Source: an uncultured Candidatus Saccharimonas sp.
GTDB lineage: Bacteria; Patescibacteriota; Saccharimonadia; Saccharimonadales; AWTP1-31
Length of the DNA: 64,000 nucleotides
Assembly: GCA_943354005.1 (NCBI GenBank)
Contig: CALRBE010000005.1
Coordinates: 21,910-85,909, forward strand
Direction of reading: 5' to 3'
This document shows, one piece after another, positions 19,590 to 28,906 of the stretch. Every line of letters starts with the position of its first letter. Within the stretch, counting starts at the first letter, position 1. A program made the position numbers and the translations under genes. The notes below the pieces were generated by a model that was given only the letters and a program-made list of their open reading frames with translations, was not told the origin of the DNA and searched no databases.

Positions 19590-21209
19590 ATGACTCAATC
19601 ACCTAATCCTGAAATTAATCCACGCATTATTGTTGCTTCAATCGCCGGGATGAGTCTACTTTTGGTATTTAATTTTCTAACTAACCAAACTTTCAGCGAT
19701 AACCCTTTTCTTGTTCTCGGTACTGCTTTTGCTATTCTGCTCTTTGCTGGAGTGCACCTACTTCCTAGCGTCCGTCCCCACGTTTCTAAAGCAGCTTCAC
19801 TTTACGCTTATCATTGGATACTATGCTTCGTCCTGATTTTTATCGTTCCTACATTATCATATTTCCTTTATATCTGGGTCCTACTGATATATCTAACGTA
19901 TTTTAGTTATAAGGCAAAAGGTGTTGTCTACAGCGCCATTGCGTTATGGGCAGCACTAGTCATGGGTGTTCAATACCAAGATAATGGCCTTACAGTTAGC
20001 TCATTTAGCAAGATTGTTCCACAGTATATCCTGCTGCTTATAGTTAGTCTTGTTTTGACACAGCTGGTTTTCTCCAATGTACGAAAAAGAAATGATATGG
20101 AAACTAAGGTGGATCAGGTCGAGCGTGAGCGCAAGCGATTGCTCGGTCTAATAAACACAATGTATGACCCGGTCATTACTACGGATGGTAAAGGATTCAT
20201 TCTAGCCTACAACGCAGCCGCACTTAATTTGTTGGATACCCATATGACGTTAACCGGTAAGCATATTCGAAATATACTGAAGCTTAAAGATGCGAAGGGC
20301 AATAATGTAGATATACTTCATGAACTTGAAGGCACTATGAATATTCAGAGACGTAAAGATCTAGTATTGCCTGTTGGCCCGGCGGATCACATATCACTAG
20401 ATCTAAGTATCAGCACAATAATGGGAGCATCACTTTTCTCTAAGAAAGAGGGCTACACATTATTACTAAGAGATATTACTAAAGAGAAGTCTCTCGATGA
20501 AGAAAAAGATTTGTTTATATCTGAAGTTAGTCACGAGCTTAGAACTCCAATTACGATCGCAGAAGGTGAATTATCCATGGGTATGTTACTAGTAGACAAG
20601 CCAAAACCTGCAATGGATGAAATCAAGGAGTCAGTCACAAAGGCTCATAGTCAGGTCGTTTTCCTAGCAGACATGGTTAATGATCTGACTGCATTATCTA
20701 GAGCAGAGCGTAGTGATAAAAAGATGGAAATTCAGACTTTTAAGGTTAGCGACATCATCAAAGATGTAGAGCAGCTTTATACTGCTCAAGCTGCAAAGAA
20801 GGGGCTTTATTTTAAAACTAGTGTCGATCCAAAAATAGATACAATTTCAACCAATAAACTATATTTTAAAGAAATTATGCAGAACTTCGTAACAAACGCG
20901 ATCAAGTATACGCAGCAAGGCGGCATTACTGTAGCTGTAAGGACTGAGGGTCCAGATGACATCGTGGTAGCTGTAACTGATACAGGTAACGGAATTGCAA
21001 AGAGCGAACAATCTAAAGTATTTGATAAATTCTGGCGCTCAGAAGATTCACTTACAAGATCTACTAATGGTACTGGACTTGGTCTATTTATTACTGCAAA
21101 GCTAGCACGTCATATCCATGGCGAGCTAAGCCTAGATTCAGAGCTTAAAAAAGGATCTACCTTCTCGCTAAAAGTTCCAAAAATACTACAAAACGAAGAC
21201 TTAAAATAA
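19590..21209 (+). CDS. membrane sensor histidine kinase
   Basis: Polytopic N-terminus, a PAS-like segment, the H-box SHELRTPIT, and N/G boxes (NAIKYT, DTGNGI, GTGLGL). No response regulator is adjacent. The track start is a GTG at 19584. Confidence 0.85.
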   Translation: MTQSPNPEINPRIIVASIAGMSLLLVFNFLTNQTFSDNPFLVLGTAFAILLFAGVHLLPSVRPHVSKAASLYAYHWILCFVLIFIVPTLSYFLYIWVLLIYLTYFSYKAKGVVYSAIALWAALVMGVQYQDNGLTVSSFSKIVPQYILLLIVSLVLTQLVFSNVRKRNDMETKVDQVERERKRLLGLINTMYDPVITTDGKGFILAYNAAALNLLDTHMTLTGKHIRNILKLKDAKGNNVDILHELEGTMNIQRRKDLVLPVGPADHISLDLSISTIMGASLFSKKEGYTLLLRDITKEKSLDEEKDLFISEVSHELRTPITIAEGELSMGMLLVDKPKPAMDEIKESVTKAHSQVVFLADMVNDLTALSRAERSDKKMEIQTFKVSDIIKDVEQLYTAQAAKKGLYFKTSVDPKIDTISTNKLYFKEIMQNFVTNAIKYTQQGGITVAVRTEGPDDIVVAVTDTGNGIAKSEQSKVFDKFWRSEDSLTRSTNGTGLGLFITAKLARHIHGELSLDSELKKGSTFSLKVPKILQNEDLK

Positions 21210-21271
21210 TTGCACAAACAGAGGTAACATGTTACTATTTACAACGTCTCAACTTAAACAATGAGACTTAA

Positions 21272-21348
21272 GGGCCAGTAGCTCAGCTGGTTAGAGCACC
21301 TGCCTCTTAAGCAGGGTGTCGAGGGTTCGAGTCCCTCCTGGCCCTCCA
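21272..21348 (+). tRNA. tRNA-Lys(CTT)
   Basis: Cloverleaf by hand: acceptor GGGCCAG/CTGGCCC, anticodon loop CTCTTAA, T-loop TTCGAGT. CCA is encoded. Confidence 0.92.
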
Positions 21349-21393
21349 ATACGCTTATGTTAATTTAGTATATGGTTTCCTATAATTCAAATT

Positions 21394-21705
21394 ATGACAA
21401 AGAAAAAAGAAAATAAATCTGCAAGTATTAAAACAATTGATGTAATCGGATTTTTGACCGCATTAATATATATGCAGTCAGTGCTTACCGTAGCTCATCA
21501 CACAAGTATGTGGGTACACGATGGTTCAACTCACACAGTAGGACCACCGGCAATACCTGCGCTTGTTACTGGACTACTGATTGTTGCTTACTCTACTTAT
21601 AAGAATAAATTGTCATTCACGACATTGAATGTGATAACGCTTACTATTATTGCAACTGCAAGTTTATTCTGGCTTTCAGGATTACGAACTAACTTTTATT
21701 TCTAA
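21394..21705 (+). CDS. cassette 1: small 3-TM membrane protein
   Basis: 103-aa ORF. TATAAT (21381-21386) lies 7 nt before the ATG and there is no SD. Confidence 0.55.
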   Translation: MTKKKENKSASIKTIDVIGFLTALIYMQSVLTVAHHTSMWVHDGSTHTVGPPAIPALVTGLLIVAYSTYKNKLSFTTLNVITLTIIATASLFWLSGLRTNFYF

Positions 21706-21724
21706 ACTTTCGCTACTAGATATA

Positions 21725-21770
21725 ATAGTTGCAATAGCGTCTACTATGGCCCTCCATACCGCTTATGCAT
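21725..21770 (+). repeat. tRNA-Lys 3'-end-like junction repeat R1
   Basis: ATAGTTGCAATAGCGTCTACTATGGCCCTCCATACCGCTTATGCAT. GGCCCTCCA plus CGCTTATG matches the tRNA end and flank at 21340-21359. Confidence 0.8.
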
Positions 21771-21798
21771 AAAACAGAGGTAATTTGCCTCTGTTTTT
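21771..21798 (+). terminator. intrinsic terminator attached to R1
   Basis: AAAACAGAGG-taatttg-CCTCTGTTTTT. Near-identical to the hairpin behind tRNA-Lys(TTT) at 37331-37358. Confidence 0.75.
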
Positions 21799-21813
21799 GA
21801 TATACTGTTGCAC

Positions 21814-22728
21814 ATGGACGAAGACAAAAGACATAATAGTGAACAAAAAAAAACGACTCAAGAACTAGTAGAGCAATTTGGTGTTGATTATCCGATTGAA
21901 GACATAGATAGCCCGGAAAATCCTCGGCTCGGCGAGGTTGCTGCTCTCGATGCCGAACTTAATGGAAGCCACCAATCATTAAGCGAAGAAGAGTTTAGAG
22001 AAATAGTTGAAAACGGTGGTGTAATTATTAGTCATGTAGGACCTGGTAATAAACTGATAAGTGAAGCGAGCTTAATGTTAACTAGCGTCGAAGGGGGCTC
22101 TAGTCCGCTACAGAGAGGCTTGCCAGAATGGCTGGCTTACTGTGATGGATCCGCTGTTTCTAAGGATTACAGGGGCAAGGGTCTCCAGAAGCAACTATTG
22201 AATGCCAGAGAAGCAGTGGCAAAGGAGGAAGGTAAATTAGCAATTGCGGCGTCCGTGAGGCAAAGAAATGTCACAAGTATCAAATCAATGATTAAATGTG
22301 GTTATATAATGATAGCAGATTCACCTCATTATTATGGCGATGAAGTAAAAGATGCGCGTGTAGTGATGCTCAAGGACTTTGAGTTAGGTAATCCATTCAA
22401 AGATCTAGACAGCGATCACGAGATGCTAGAAGATAGCTTGCGTGGAATCGTCGAGCCTAGTGGTATACAAGAAAAGCTAGCTAGCGGTTCAGATGTTATT
22501 TCAATAGCAGTTCAGCAGAGCGACGAAGTAGACGAAGTCTACAATCAAGCGGTAGCAACATTGTTAAGGAATGGCTATATAGGAGTAGCTTGTAATGATA
22601 TAGACATCGGCGATAGTGATAGCGAAAGATCCGATGCGATGACATTCGTAAAACTGGAATCGTTACCACTAGACGTTGCTGAAGCGATCAAGCTTAGGCA
22701 GGAAGAGATCCAATCTATTGTTGGATAA
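21814..22728 (+). CDS. cassette 2: GNAT-family acetyltransferase-like protein
   Basis: GNAT motif A (DYRGKGLQKQLL). TGaTATACT lies 7 nt before the ATG at 21814. The track start is a TTG at 21808. Confidence 0.6.
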   Translation: MDEDKRHNSEQKKTTQELVEQFGVDYPIEDIDSPENPRLGEVAALDAELNGSHQSLSEEEFREIVENGGVIISHVGPGNKLISEASLMLTSVEGGSSPLQRGLPEWLAYCDGSAVSKDYRGKGLQKQLLNAREAVAKEEGKLAIAASVRQRNVTSIKSMIKCGYIMIADSPHYYGDEVKDARVVMLKDFELGNPFKDLDSDHEMLEDSLRGIVEPSGIQEKLASGSDVISIAVQQSDEVDEVYNQAVATLLRNGYIGVACNDIDIGDSDSERSDAMTFVKLESLPLDVAEAIKLRQEEIQSIVG

Positions 22729-22734
22729 CCGGTT

Positions 22735-22774
22735 CAGTTGTAACAGCTTTTTCTATGGTTTCCCATGATAGCAT
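22735..22774 (+). repeat. junction repeat R2 (degenerate)
   Basis: CAGTTGTAACAGCTTTTTCTATGGTTTCCCATGATAGCAT aligns with R1 (GTTGCAAtAGC...CTATGGCCCTCCAT). Confidence 0.5.
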
Positions 22775-23055
22775 AGCTGTAGACTAAAATATGCGTACAA
22801 AATTTAAGGTATAAAAAATATGCCGATAGTCTCACCGGGCTCTCTAAGCATGAGAATTTTAATTCAAAGTTTATCGATACGCTAGTCTGTGCATTTAAAT
22901 ATACCAGCCTTAGGTTGGTAACCGTGACTCATTCAATTGTTAAAGTAACTTCCTTGATCATCAGGACTTGGATGCTTGTATTTATAATAGGTGAATTATT
23001 ACTATAAAACGGTAGTTTTATCTGTTATGCTGAAAGAGTAAATCAAAAATAAATC

Positions 23056-23373
23056 ATGCCAGAACAAAAAAAACACTATTCCTTTAATCATTATTTGCTT
23101 CGTAGAAAAAGTAGACATATCGTTGATATGTTGGCCTATGCAGTCGGTGTAGGCGGCAATATAGCCGTCATTCCACAAATAATCAAGGCATGGGAAAGTG
23201 ATGCACCCGGTTTAGCTATACTAACTTGGGTACTATTTATTGCCATAGGTTTTATATGGCTGGCTTACGCAATCCAGCACAAACAGAAGCCACTCATTGT
23301 GGCCCAGATAGTTAGTATTTCATGCAACATGCTGGTGGTTGGCGGTTGGATATTTAACAATATAATACGCTAA
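23056..23373 (+). CDS. cassette 3: SemiSWEET/PQ-loop 3-TM transporter
   Basis: 105 aa with a PQ motif (VIPQIIKAW) in a 3-TM layout. Paralog of 37058-37315. Confidence 0.7.
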   Translation: MPEQKKHYSFNHYLLRRKSRHIVDMLAYAVGVGGNIAVIPQIIKAWESDAPGLAILTWVLFIAIGFIWLAYAIQHKQKPLIVAQIVSISCNMLVVGGWIFNNIIR

Positions 23374-23380
23374 TCCTTTC

Positions 23381-23408
23381 ATGATAGCATCTACAATGGC
23401 CCTCTAAA
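23381..23408 (+). repeat. junction repeat R3
   Basis: ATGATAGCATCTACAATGGCCCTCTAAA. Belongs to the same AGCATCTAC-N-ATGGCCCTC subfamily as R1 and R4. Confidence 0.65.
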
Positions 23409-23488
23409 CTTGAATTTAGAGACATAGTATTGTATTATAATCATATGTTCATAATACCCATAGTTCATAACACCAAGAAGAGCCTAAA

Positions 23489-23555
23489 GCCCCAGCCGTA
23501 GCGCTCTGATTTTTCATGCAACTCAGCCCCATCGCTACGGCGAAGGGGCTTTTTT
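23489..23555 (+). promoter_or_regulatory. leader RNA hairpin/terminator-like element upstream of the GNAT-M23 pair
   Basis: GCCCC-A-GCCGTAGCG ... CGCTACGGC-GAA-GGGGC-TTTTTT. A second GCCCC (23526-23530) could pair alternatively with the same GGGGC. Confidence 0.4.
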
Positions 23556-23580
23556 AATTTAACCTAATTACGAGGAATAT

Positions 23581-24558
23581 ATGGAAAATACATTTAATCA
23601 AACGAGCTCAATTGGAGCGGCTTGGCCCCCTGCCTTAGCGACTAATGAACGGCTTCGAGGCTTTTACACAGATGGAATAATCACAAGTCAACAAGAGGCT
23701 GATATCATAACAGAGCACGTAGAGAGTGCAATTGATGACATGCTGTGTTCGGACCAGACAAGTCGAATTAGTATACGAGTTGTGTCAGAAATTGGCTCAC
23801 TCGCACGGCTTGCATTCGATCGAGCCAACATCGAAGCAGCATTACCTATAAATAACACTGATTTGGTCATTGCATATATTGGTGCAAACCAAGATAACAG
23901 ACAGATGAGTACGAATCGTTTAACTGCCCATCAAGCGCTTCTACATAGTCTTAGGCTGCGTAATCACGTTAGCCATAATACTGACTTAGATATTAGAATA
24001 GTTGACAATCAAAACACGACGCAGCTGGTGCCGGCTTTTACGCAACTATACAGAAGCTTTGGCTATGACCGAATTGAAACAGAGCAAATACTTAGCGACA
24101 GTAGCAATTTAATTATGTATCATCAAGATGGTGATGTAGTTGCCTCAACGGCAATGGCCGAGAAAGCTACCATAGAGATAAATGGCCTTGGTAAACTAAC
24201 GCTTGTGGAGATTACCGAAGCTAGTACCCACCCTGATTACAGAGAGCGCGGGCTTTATCGGGCAGTATCAAGTTATTTGATACGTCATCTTATGTCACTG
24301 CATAGAGACGGAGGTATTAACATGGATGCTCTCTATGGCGAGAGTAATTTAACTATGCCAGGTGTGGTAATAGCTGCACATCAGAACGGACGTCGTTTTA
24401 GTTATTTTGATCGTGACGATCTAGGATCTCATAATGTGAGTTTCGGTATATTGCCACAGAATTTTGCGGTTGCCGATGGCAGTGAAACACGAGACTATAA
24501 TGATTTTGCGGTATCATATGTGCCGCTGCAAACAAGGAGAGATCAAAATGCTGTCTGA
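23581..24558 (+). CDS. cassette 4a: GNAT-like acyltransferase domain protein
   Basis: 325 aa. The C-terminal half has a GNAT motif A-like segment (HPDYRERGLYRAV). An SD (GAGGA) lies upstream. Confidence 0.55.
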   Translation: MENTFNQTSSIGAAWPPALATNERLRGFYTDGIITSQQEADIITEHVESAIDDMLCSDQTSRISIRVVSEIGSLARLAFDRANIEAALPINNTDLVIAYIGANQDNRQMSTNRLTAHQALLHSLRLRNHVSHNTDLDIRIVDNQNTTQLVPAFTQLYRSFGYDRIETEQILSDSSNLIMYHQDGDVVASTAMAEKATIEINGLGKLTLVEITEASTHPDYRERGLYRAVSSYLIRHLMSLHRDGGINMDALYGESNLTMPGVVIAAHQNGRRFSYFDRDDLGSHNVSFGILPQNFAVADGSETRDYNDFAVSYVPLQTRRDQNAV

Positions 24559-25225
24559 ACCATTGGCAGGTCTTTTTGACCGTTCAAAGCTTATAGCTTT
24601 GGATTTTGCCAAAATTACTAAGAATATTCCGCCTGAACTAGATATTCAGCAATACTTCGAAAACCTCAATAATCACGGGGATAATCCTCGCCTGCCAGAA
24701 AATCGTCAAAAGTTTAATAATCGTGCGCTTGATTTCTGTGCTAGTAGATATTTGGTGGGAGCCTACGGTGAAGACCGGATTGCCATGTTAAGCGACACGC
24801 CAGCGGGCGAAGAAGGCAGGACTATACATATGGCTATAGATATATTCTCAAAAGAACTCGAACCAGTATACGCTCCTTGTGACGGAGAAATAATTGTAAG
24901 CAACTATGAGGAAGGATTTGGTGAGTACGGCAACTACCTGATCATAAGGCCTTATGCGGCTGATTACTACATCTTTTTAGGTCACCTTGGATCGAACCGA
25001 ATGGGAGTCGGGCCAGTTAAGAACGGCCAAAAAGTAGCACATTTAGGCGATCACGCTAATTGTGAAAATGGTGGATGGTCACGGCACCTCCATCTGCAAA
25101 TACTCAAAGTATTGCCCCCTAAAAAGTTAACCCCGCAAGGCTACTCAACAAAAGAGGATTTTGCAGCTAACTCCAGGCTGTACCCTAACCCTCTCGATTA
25201 CTTTCCTGGATGGCGGTTGCAATAG
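24548..25225 (+). CDS. cassette 4b: M23/LytM-family metallopeptidase-like protein (no signal peptide)
   Basis: HxxxD (HMAID) and HxH (HLHLQ) motifs. The ATG at 24548 is preceded by AAGGAG and overlaps the upstream stop by 11 nt. The track ORF from 24464 was trimmed. Confidence 0.7.
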   Translation: MLSEPLAGLFDRSKLIALDFAKITKNIPPELDIQQYFENLNNHGDNPRLPENRQKFNNRALDFCASRYLVGAYGEDRIAMLSDTPAGEEGRTIHMAIDIFSKELEPVYAPCDGEIIVSNYEEGFGEYGNYLIIRPYAADYYIFLGHLGSNRMGVGPVKNGQKVAHLGDHANCENGGWSRHLHLQILKVLPPKKLTPQGYSTKEDFAANSRLYPNPLDYFPGWRLQ

Positions 25226-25258
25226 CATCTACGATAGCCCTCCAATATTCCTATGCTT
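25216..25258 (+). repeat. junction repeat R4
   Basis: GTTGCAATAGCATCTACGATAGCCCTCCAATATTCCTATGCTT. The stop codon of the M23 gene is the TAG inside this repeat. Confidence 0.8.
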
Positions 25259-25303
25259 AAACTACTCCAAATGAGGAGCTTAATATTTGTTATAATTCTA
25301 AAT

Positions 25304-25648
25304 ATGAAATATTCACTACCTTTTCTTGGACAAGACGTCAAAGTGGAGATTGACCGTCAACTTGGAAGTAAGCATCCAAAGTATGACTTTGTTTACCCTA
25401 TCAACTATGGCTTTGTACCCGGAACAGAGGCACCTGATGGTGAAGAGATTGATGCCTATGTGCTAGGTGTAGATGAGCCAATAAAAGAGTTTGCCGGACA
25501 TTGCATTGCAATTATCCATCGCACTAACGACGACGATGACAAGTTAGTGGTCTGTGAGCCAAAAGTAAACTTTACCGACGATGAGATACGTGAAGCTACT
25601 AAGTTTCAAGAAGAATGGTTTGAGTCCGAGATCGTTCGCCCAAAATAG
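25304..25648 (+). CDS. cassette 5: family I inorganic pyrophosphatase-like protein
   Basis: YPINYGFVPGTEAPDGEEIDAYVLG matches the PPase core. TGtTATAAT lies 7 nt before the ATG at 25304. The track ORF from 25253 was trimmed. Confidence 0.65.
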   Translation: MKYSLPFLGQDVKVEIDRQLGSKHPKYDFVYPINYGFVPGTEAPDGEEIDAYVLGVDEPIKEFAGHCIAIIHRTNDDDDKLVVCEPKVNFTDDEIREATKFQEEWFESEIVRPK

Positions 25649-25684
25649 TTGAGATAGCCAAGACAATAGCCCTCCATACGAATT
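25645..25684 (+). repeat. junction repeat R5
   Basis: ATAGTTGAGATAGCCAAGACAATAGCCCTCCATACGAATT. Its TAG is the cassette 5 stop codon. Confidence 0.8.
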
Positions 25685-25888
25685 AAATATGATTAATAAT
25701 AATCAATAAGCATATGCATAAACAAATTACTTTTGTTTTAAGCATATCTGTATGATTTTAAATCCTTGCATCTAACATAAACAACACCCAACGCTCATGC
25801 TCAAAAGATAATTGTTGTAGTTTAATACTACATTGTTAAACCTAACTGCATTGTTATACACTAATATTATTAATAAGGAGTGAATAGT

Positions 25889-26308
25889 ATGAGTACGAAT
25901 AAACTAGGTCGTTTTGTTTCGTTAATTGCAATCGTAACAGTATTAAGTTTTGGTTTGTTCCCCGTTACAGTAGATGCATACTCCACATCTAGATGCGAAA
26001 TCGTAACTAAAACATCGAACACAAATCCTGGTTCGGCTGATGTTTCTTTGACGATTACCAATAATTCAAATAAAGAATTAACAACTAAATCTTCAGTGGT
26101 TAAGACACAGACTTTCAAGGGGAGTGGCCTGAGTGTGCAGTCCTCTAGCGATATTTCTTACCTGTTCTACGAACCATTATTGCCTGGCCAAGCACGTACT
26201 ATGTCACTAGGATCTCAAGCAATACCCGAACCATATAAAAGAGTCCGACTTGCCGTTAAAAGCATTTCACCTAAGTTTACATGTTCAACAGTTGTTAAGG
26301 GTCTTTAA
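25889..26308 (+). CDS. cassette 6: secreted protein, unknown function
   Basis: The ATG at 25889 lies 8 nt after AAGGAG. Has a signal peptide (FVSLIAIVTVLSFGLFPVTVDA). Confidence 0.55.
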   Translation: MSTNKLGRFVSLIAIVTVLSFGLFPVTVDAYSTSRCEIVTKTSNTNPGSADVSLTITNNSNKELTTKSSVVKTQTFKGSGLSVQSSSDISYLFYEPLLPGQARTMSLGSQAIPEPYKRVRLAVKSISPKFTCSTVVKGL

Positions 26309-26677
26309 TCTGAATCGCTTATAACTCCAGATTATGAATGGAATATTAAACCTGGCGATCCTGGTTGTGTCAATAATAATTGCGATACCGAAAACCCACG
26401 CAGCGCAGTAGCACTAAGTGCAGATAGGAAAGTTATGTGGATGGTTATGGTAGAGGGTCGCCAGACTAATTTATCTGGCTTGAGTCTGTATGATCTTACA
26501 AAAGTACTAAAAAATTTAGGCGCTTCATGGGCTATTAATCTTGATGGCGGCGGTAGTGCTGGAATGGTATTAAACAATAATCTAGTAAACGCCAGGCCAA
26601 CAGGTGATCCAAACGAAAGAAGAGTAGGCAACGTATTCGGCTTTGTTGAATTGCCTCCCCCTGCACCTCAAAAATAG
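26309..26677 (+). pseudogene. 3' fragment of a phosphodiester glycosidase (DUF2233/NAGPA-like) gene
   Basis: Encodes only the C-terminal part (RSAVALSADRKVMWMVMVEGRQ...AINLDGGGSAGMV). There is no start codon before 26435. It is in frame with the upstream ORF across the TAA at 26306-26308. Confidence 0.6.
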
Positions 26678-26719
26678 TTGCGACAGCCAAGACAATATCC
26701 CTTCAATACGCTTATGCCT
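26674..26719 (+). repeat. junction repeat R6
   Basis: ATAGTTGCGACAGCCAAGACAATATCCCTTCAATACGCTTATGCCT. CCCTTCAATACGCTTATG matches the tRNA end and flank at 17/18. Its TAG is the stop codon of the fragment. Confidence 0.85.
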
Positions 26720-26748
26720 AAAACAGAGGTTATTAGCCCCTGTTTTTT
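26720..26748 (+). terminator. terminator hairpin attached to R6
   Basis: AAAACAGAGG-ttattag-CCCCTGTTTTTT. One stem mismatch relative to the R1 copy. Confidence 0.6.
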
Positions 26749-26762
26749 GTTATAATGAATTA

Positions 26763-27359
26763 ATGCAACTGTTAAAAGAAATAACTTCGGATGAGATGAT
26801 TGGAGAGTTTCTCAAAGCCGAACTTCATTCATCACGTTTCCGCCGAGGCAGCTTGAGGGCTCTCAAAATGCTAGGGTATACCGAAAGCCTACTCGAGAAT
26901 CCAAATTATGGCGACGCTACCCAGAATGAAAAACGAGCTAAAGTTTTAGGTTTATGTAGGGGTTGGCCTGACGCAGAGCTTTTCACAAATTTTCCCAGCG
27001 ATACACATTGGTACAGGATCAATTTTTCGATAAATGAGCTTAAGCGAGTATATCGTCTAAAGAGTAGTTCAGATATGGCAGATAGTGAACGATCGCTCCT
27101 TGCTACGGCAAGACTTGTTATGAAGGGTCAAGCCGTACATAACATTAACAACGAACTCATCTACGAGATTCGCAAAAAAATTGAAGCAAAAGAACAGCTT
27201 CCTCCAATAATTATAGTAGCGGCTAAACAAGAAGGTAGGAAGGTATTGGTTGAGGGACACTCTCGAGGTGTCGCCTACTGCTCTTTCGAAAGTCTATACT
27301 ATGATATACCTGCAATTATGGGCATATCAAATGATATGAATGACTGGGCTTACTTTTAG
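26763..27359 (+). CDS. cassette 7: hypothetical protein
   Basis: 198 aa. TGtTATAAT lies 6 nt before the ATG at 26763. VLVEGHSRG faintly resembles the ParB/Srx DGHHR motif (weak). The track ORF from 26643 was trimmed. Confidence 0.5.
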   Translation: MQLLKEITSDEMIGEFLKAELHSSRFRRGSLRALKMLGYTESLLENPNYGDATQNEKRAKVLGLCRGWPDAELFTNFPSDTHWYRINFSINELKRVYRLKSSSDMADSERSLLATARLVMKGQAVHNINNELIYEIRKKIEAKEQLPPIIIVAAKQEGRKVLVEGHSRGVAYCSFESLYYDIPAIMGISNDMNDWAYF

Positions 27360-27360
27360 A

Positions 27361-27400
27361 ATAGTTACAGCGACAATGCATACATCACTCCATTCACAAA
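27361..27400 (+). repeat. junction repeat R7 (degenerate)
   Basis: ATAGTTACAGCGACAATGCATACATCACTCCATTCACAAA, starting 2 nt after the cassette 7 stop. Confidence 0.5.
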
Positions 27401-27516
27401 CACGTTTAAGCTCCTCTTACTATGGAGTTTCTTCTATTTACTGATACACTTAAAACTATAAACTAAACGTAAGGATTATTATTAAAAATCAAAAAGGGTT
27501 TACTGTTGTCGTTGTC

Positions 27517-28239
27517 TTGATTGTTGTAGTCGTGATTTTCCTAACTTTAGGGATTGGAATATTCGCGTTTGGGCGCATAAGTGCTGGCAGTAAAGTTAAT
27601 GCCGATTCAACCACTGTCGAAAATTTAGAAAAGGCTCGTCTACAGCTTGCAGCAGCTGTTACCGAGTCAAAAACAATTCCCGATTCAGTAACTACCGCAG
27701 AGGGAGTCAGCTATGAACGAAAGGATAATCAAACCGCCGAACTTTGTGCATCCTTTGGTGTTCCCCGGGGTGGTAAGAATGATAATTTCGTAAGTCCTGT
27801 TGACGCGTTCAAGATGCTATTTTCCGCCAAGACCACAACTTCAAAGGTATATCGAGATGATGTAGACTTTGCTAAGCACTCTAAGGGTCGCAACTGTTTC
27901 GAGATTAGCTATGCTCCAATCAATGATGCTTACCAGGAGCAGTACAGAAATACCAAGAAGAACTGGACCGTATGTGATTCACTCAGACAATATGTTGCCA
28001 AGTTTACTGGTCAAACCATTAAAGGTTTTACTATCGGTGGACCGTTGACAACCAACCCTGGTATGGGTGGAGGTAATGGTGTCCTTGGTCAAGATGTTGA
28101 TGCATACGACGCATCCTGCAAAAAGATTCCTGTGTCTTCACTTAAGGTTGGCGACAAAGTTGAAATATATTTTGAAGATGGACCAAAGAATGGCAGCGAG
28201 CAAGTGTACTTTGTAAAAGCGCTTAAAAAAGAATATTAG
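27517..28239 (+). CDS. cassette 8: pilin-like N-terminus, secreted/anchored protein
   Basis: The track start is a TTG at 27517. The in-frame upstream codons read I-K-N-Q-K-G-F-T-V-V-V-V-L from an ATT at 27481, which lies 5 nt after AAGGA. This resembles a prepilin leader, but position +5 is V rather than E. Confidence 0.5.
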   Translation: MIVVVVIFLTLGIGIFAFGRISAGSKVNADSTTVENLEKARLQLAAAVTESKTIPDSVTTAEGVSYERKDNQTAELCASFGVPRGGKNDNFVSPVDAFKMLFSAKTTTSKVYRDDVDFAKHSKGRNCFEISYAPINDAYQEQYRNTKKNWTVCDSLRQYVAKFTGQTIKGFTIGGPLTTNPGMGGGNGVLGQDVDAYDASCKKIPVSSLKVGDKVEIYFEDGPKNGSEQVYFVKALKKEY

Positions 28240-28269
28240 CAATCCTGCTTTTCTGCTGAAACTAAAAAT

Positions 28270-28318
28270 ATAGTTGCTATAAGCTCCACGGTTTAACTCC
28301 AAAGGTGCCAAAACAGAG
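28270..28318 (+). repeat. junction repeat R8 (degenerate)
   Basis: ATAGTTGCTATAAGCTCCACGGTTTAACTCCAAAGGTGCCAAAACAGAG. Retains the ATAGTTGC head, the CTCCAA core and the start of the AAAACAGAG hairpin. Confidence 0.55.
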
Positions 28319-28333
28319 ACCAGTTAGTTCTAA

Positions 28334-28856
<523 letters not shown>

Positions 28857-28906
28857 ATAAATAAACTTATCAAATATGAGGAGTTTTTTGCTGATATAGT
28901 ATAGTT

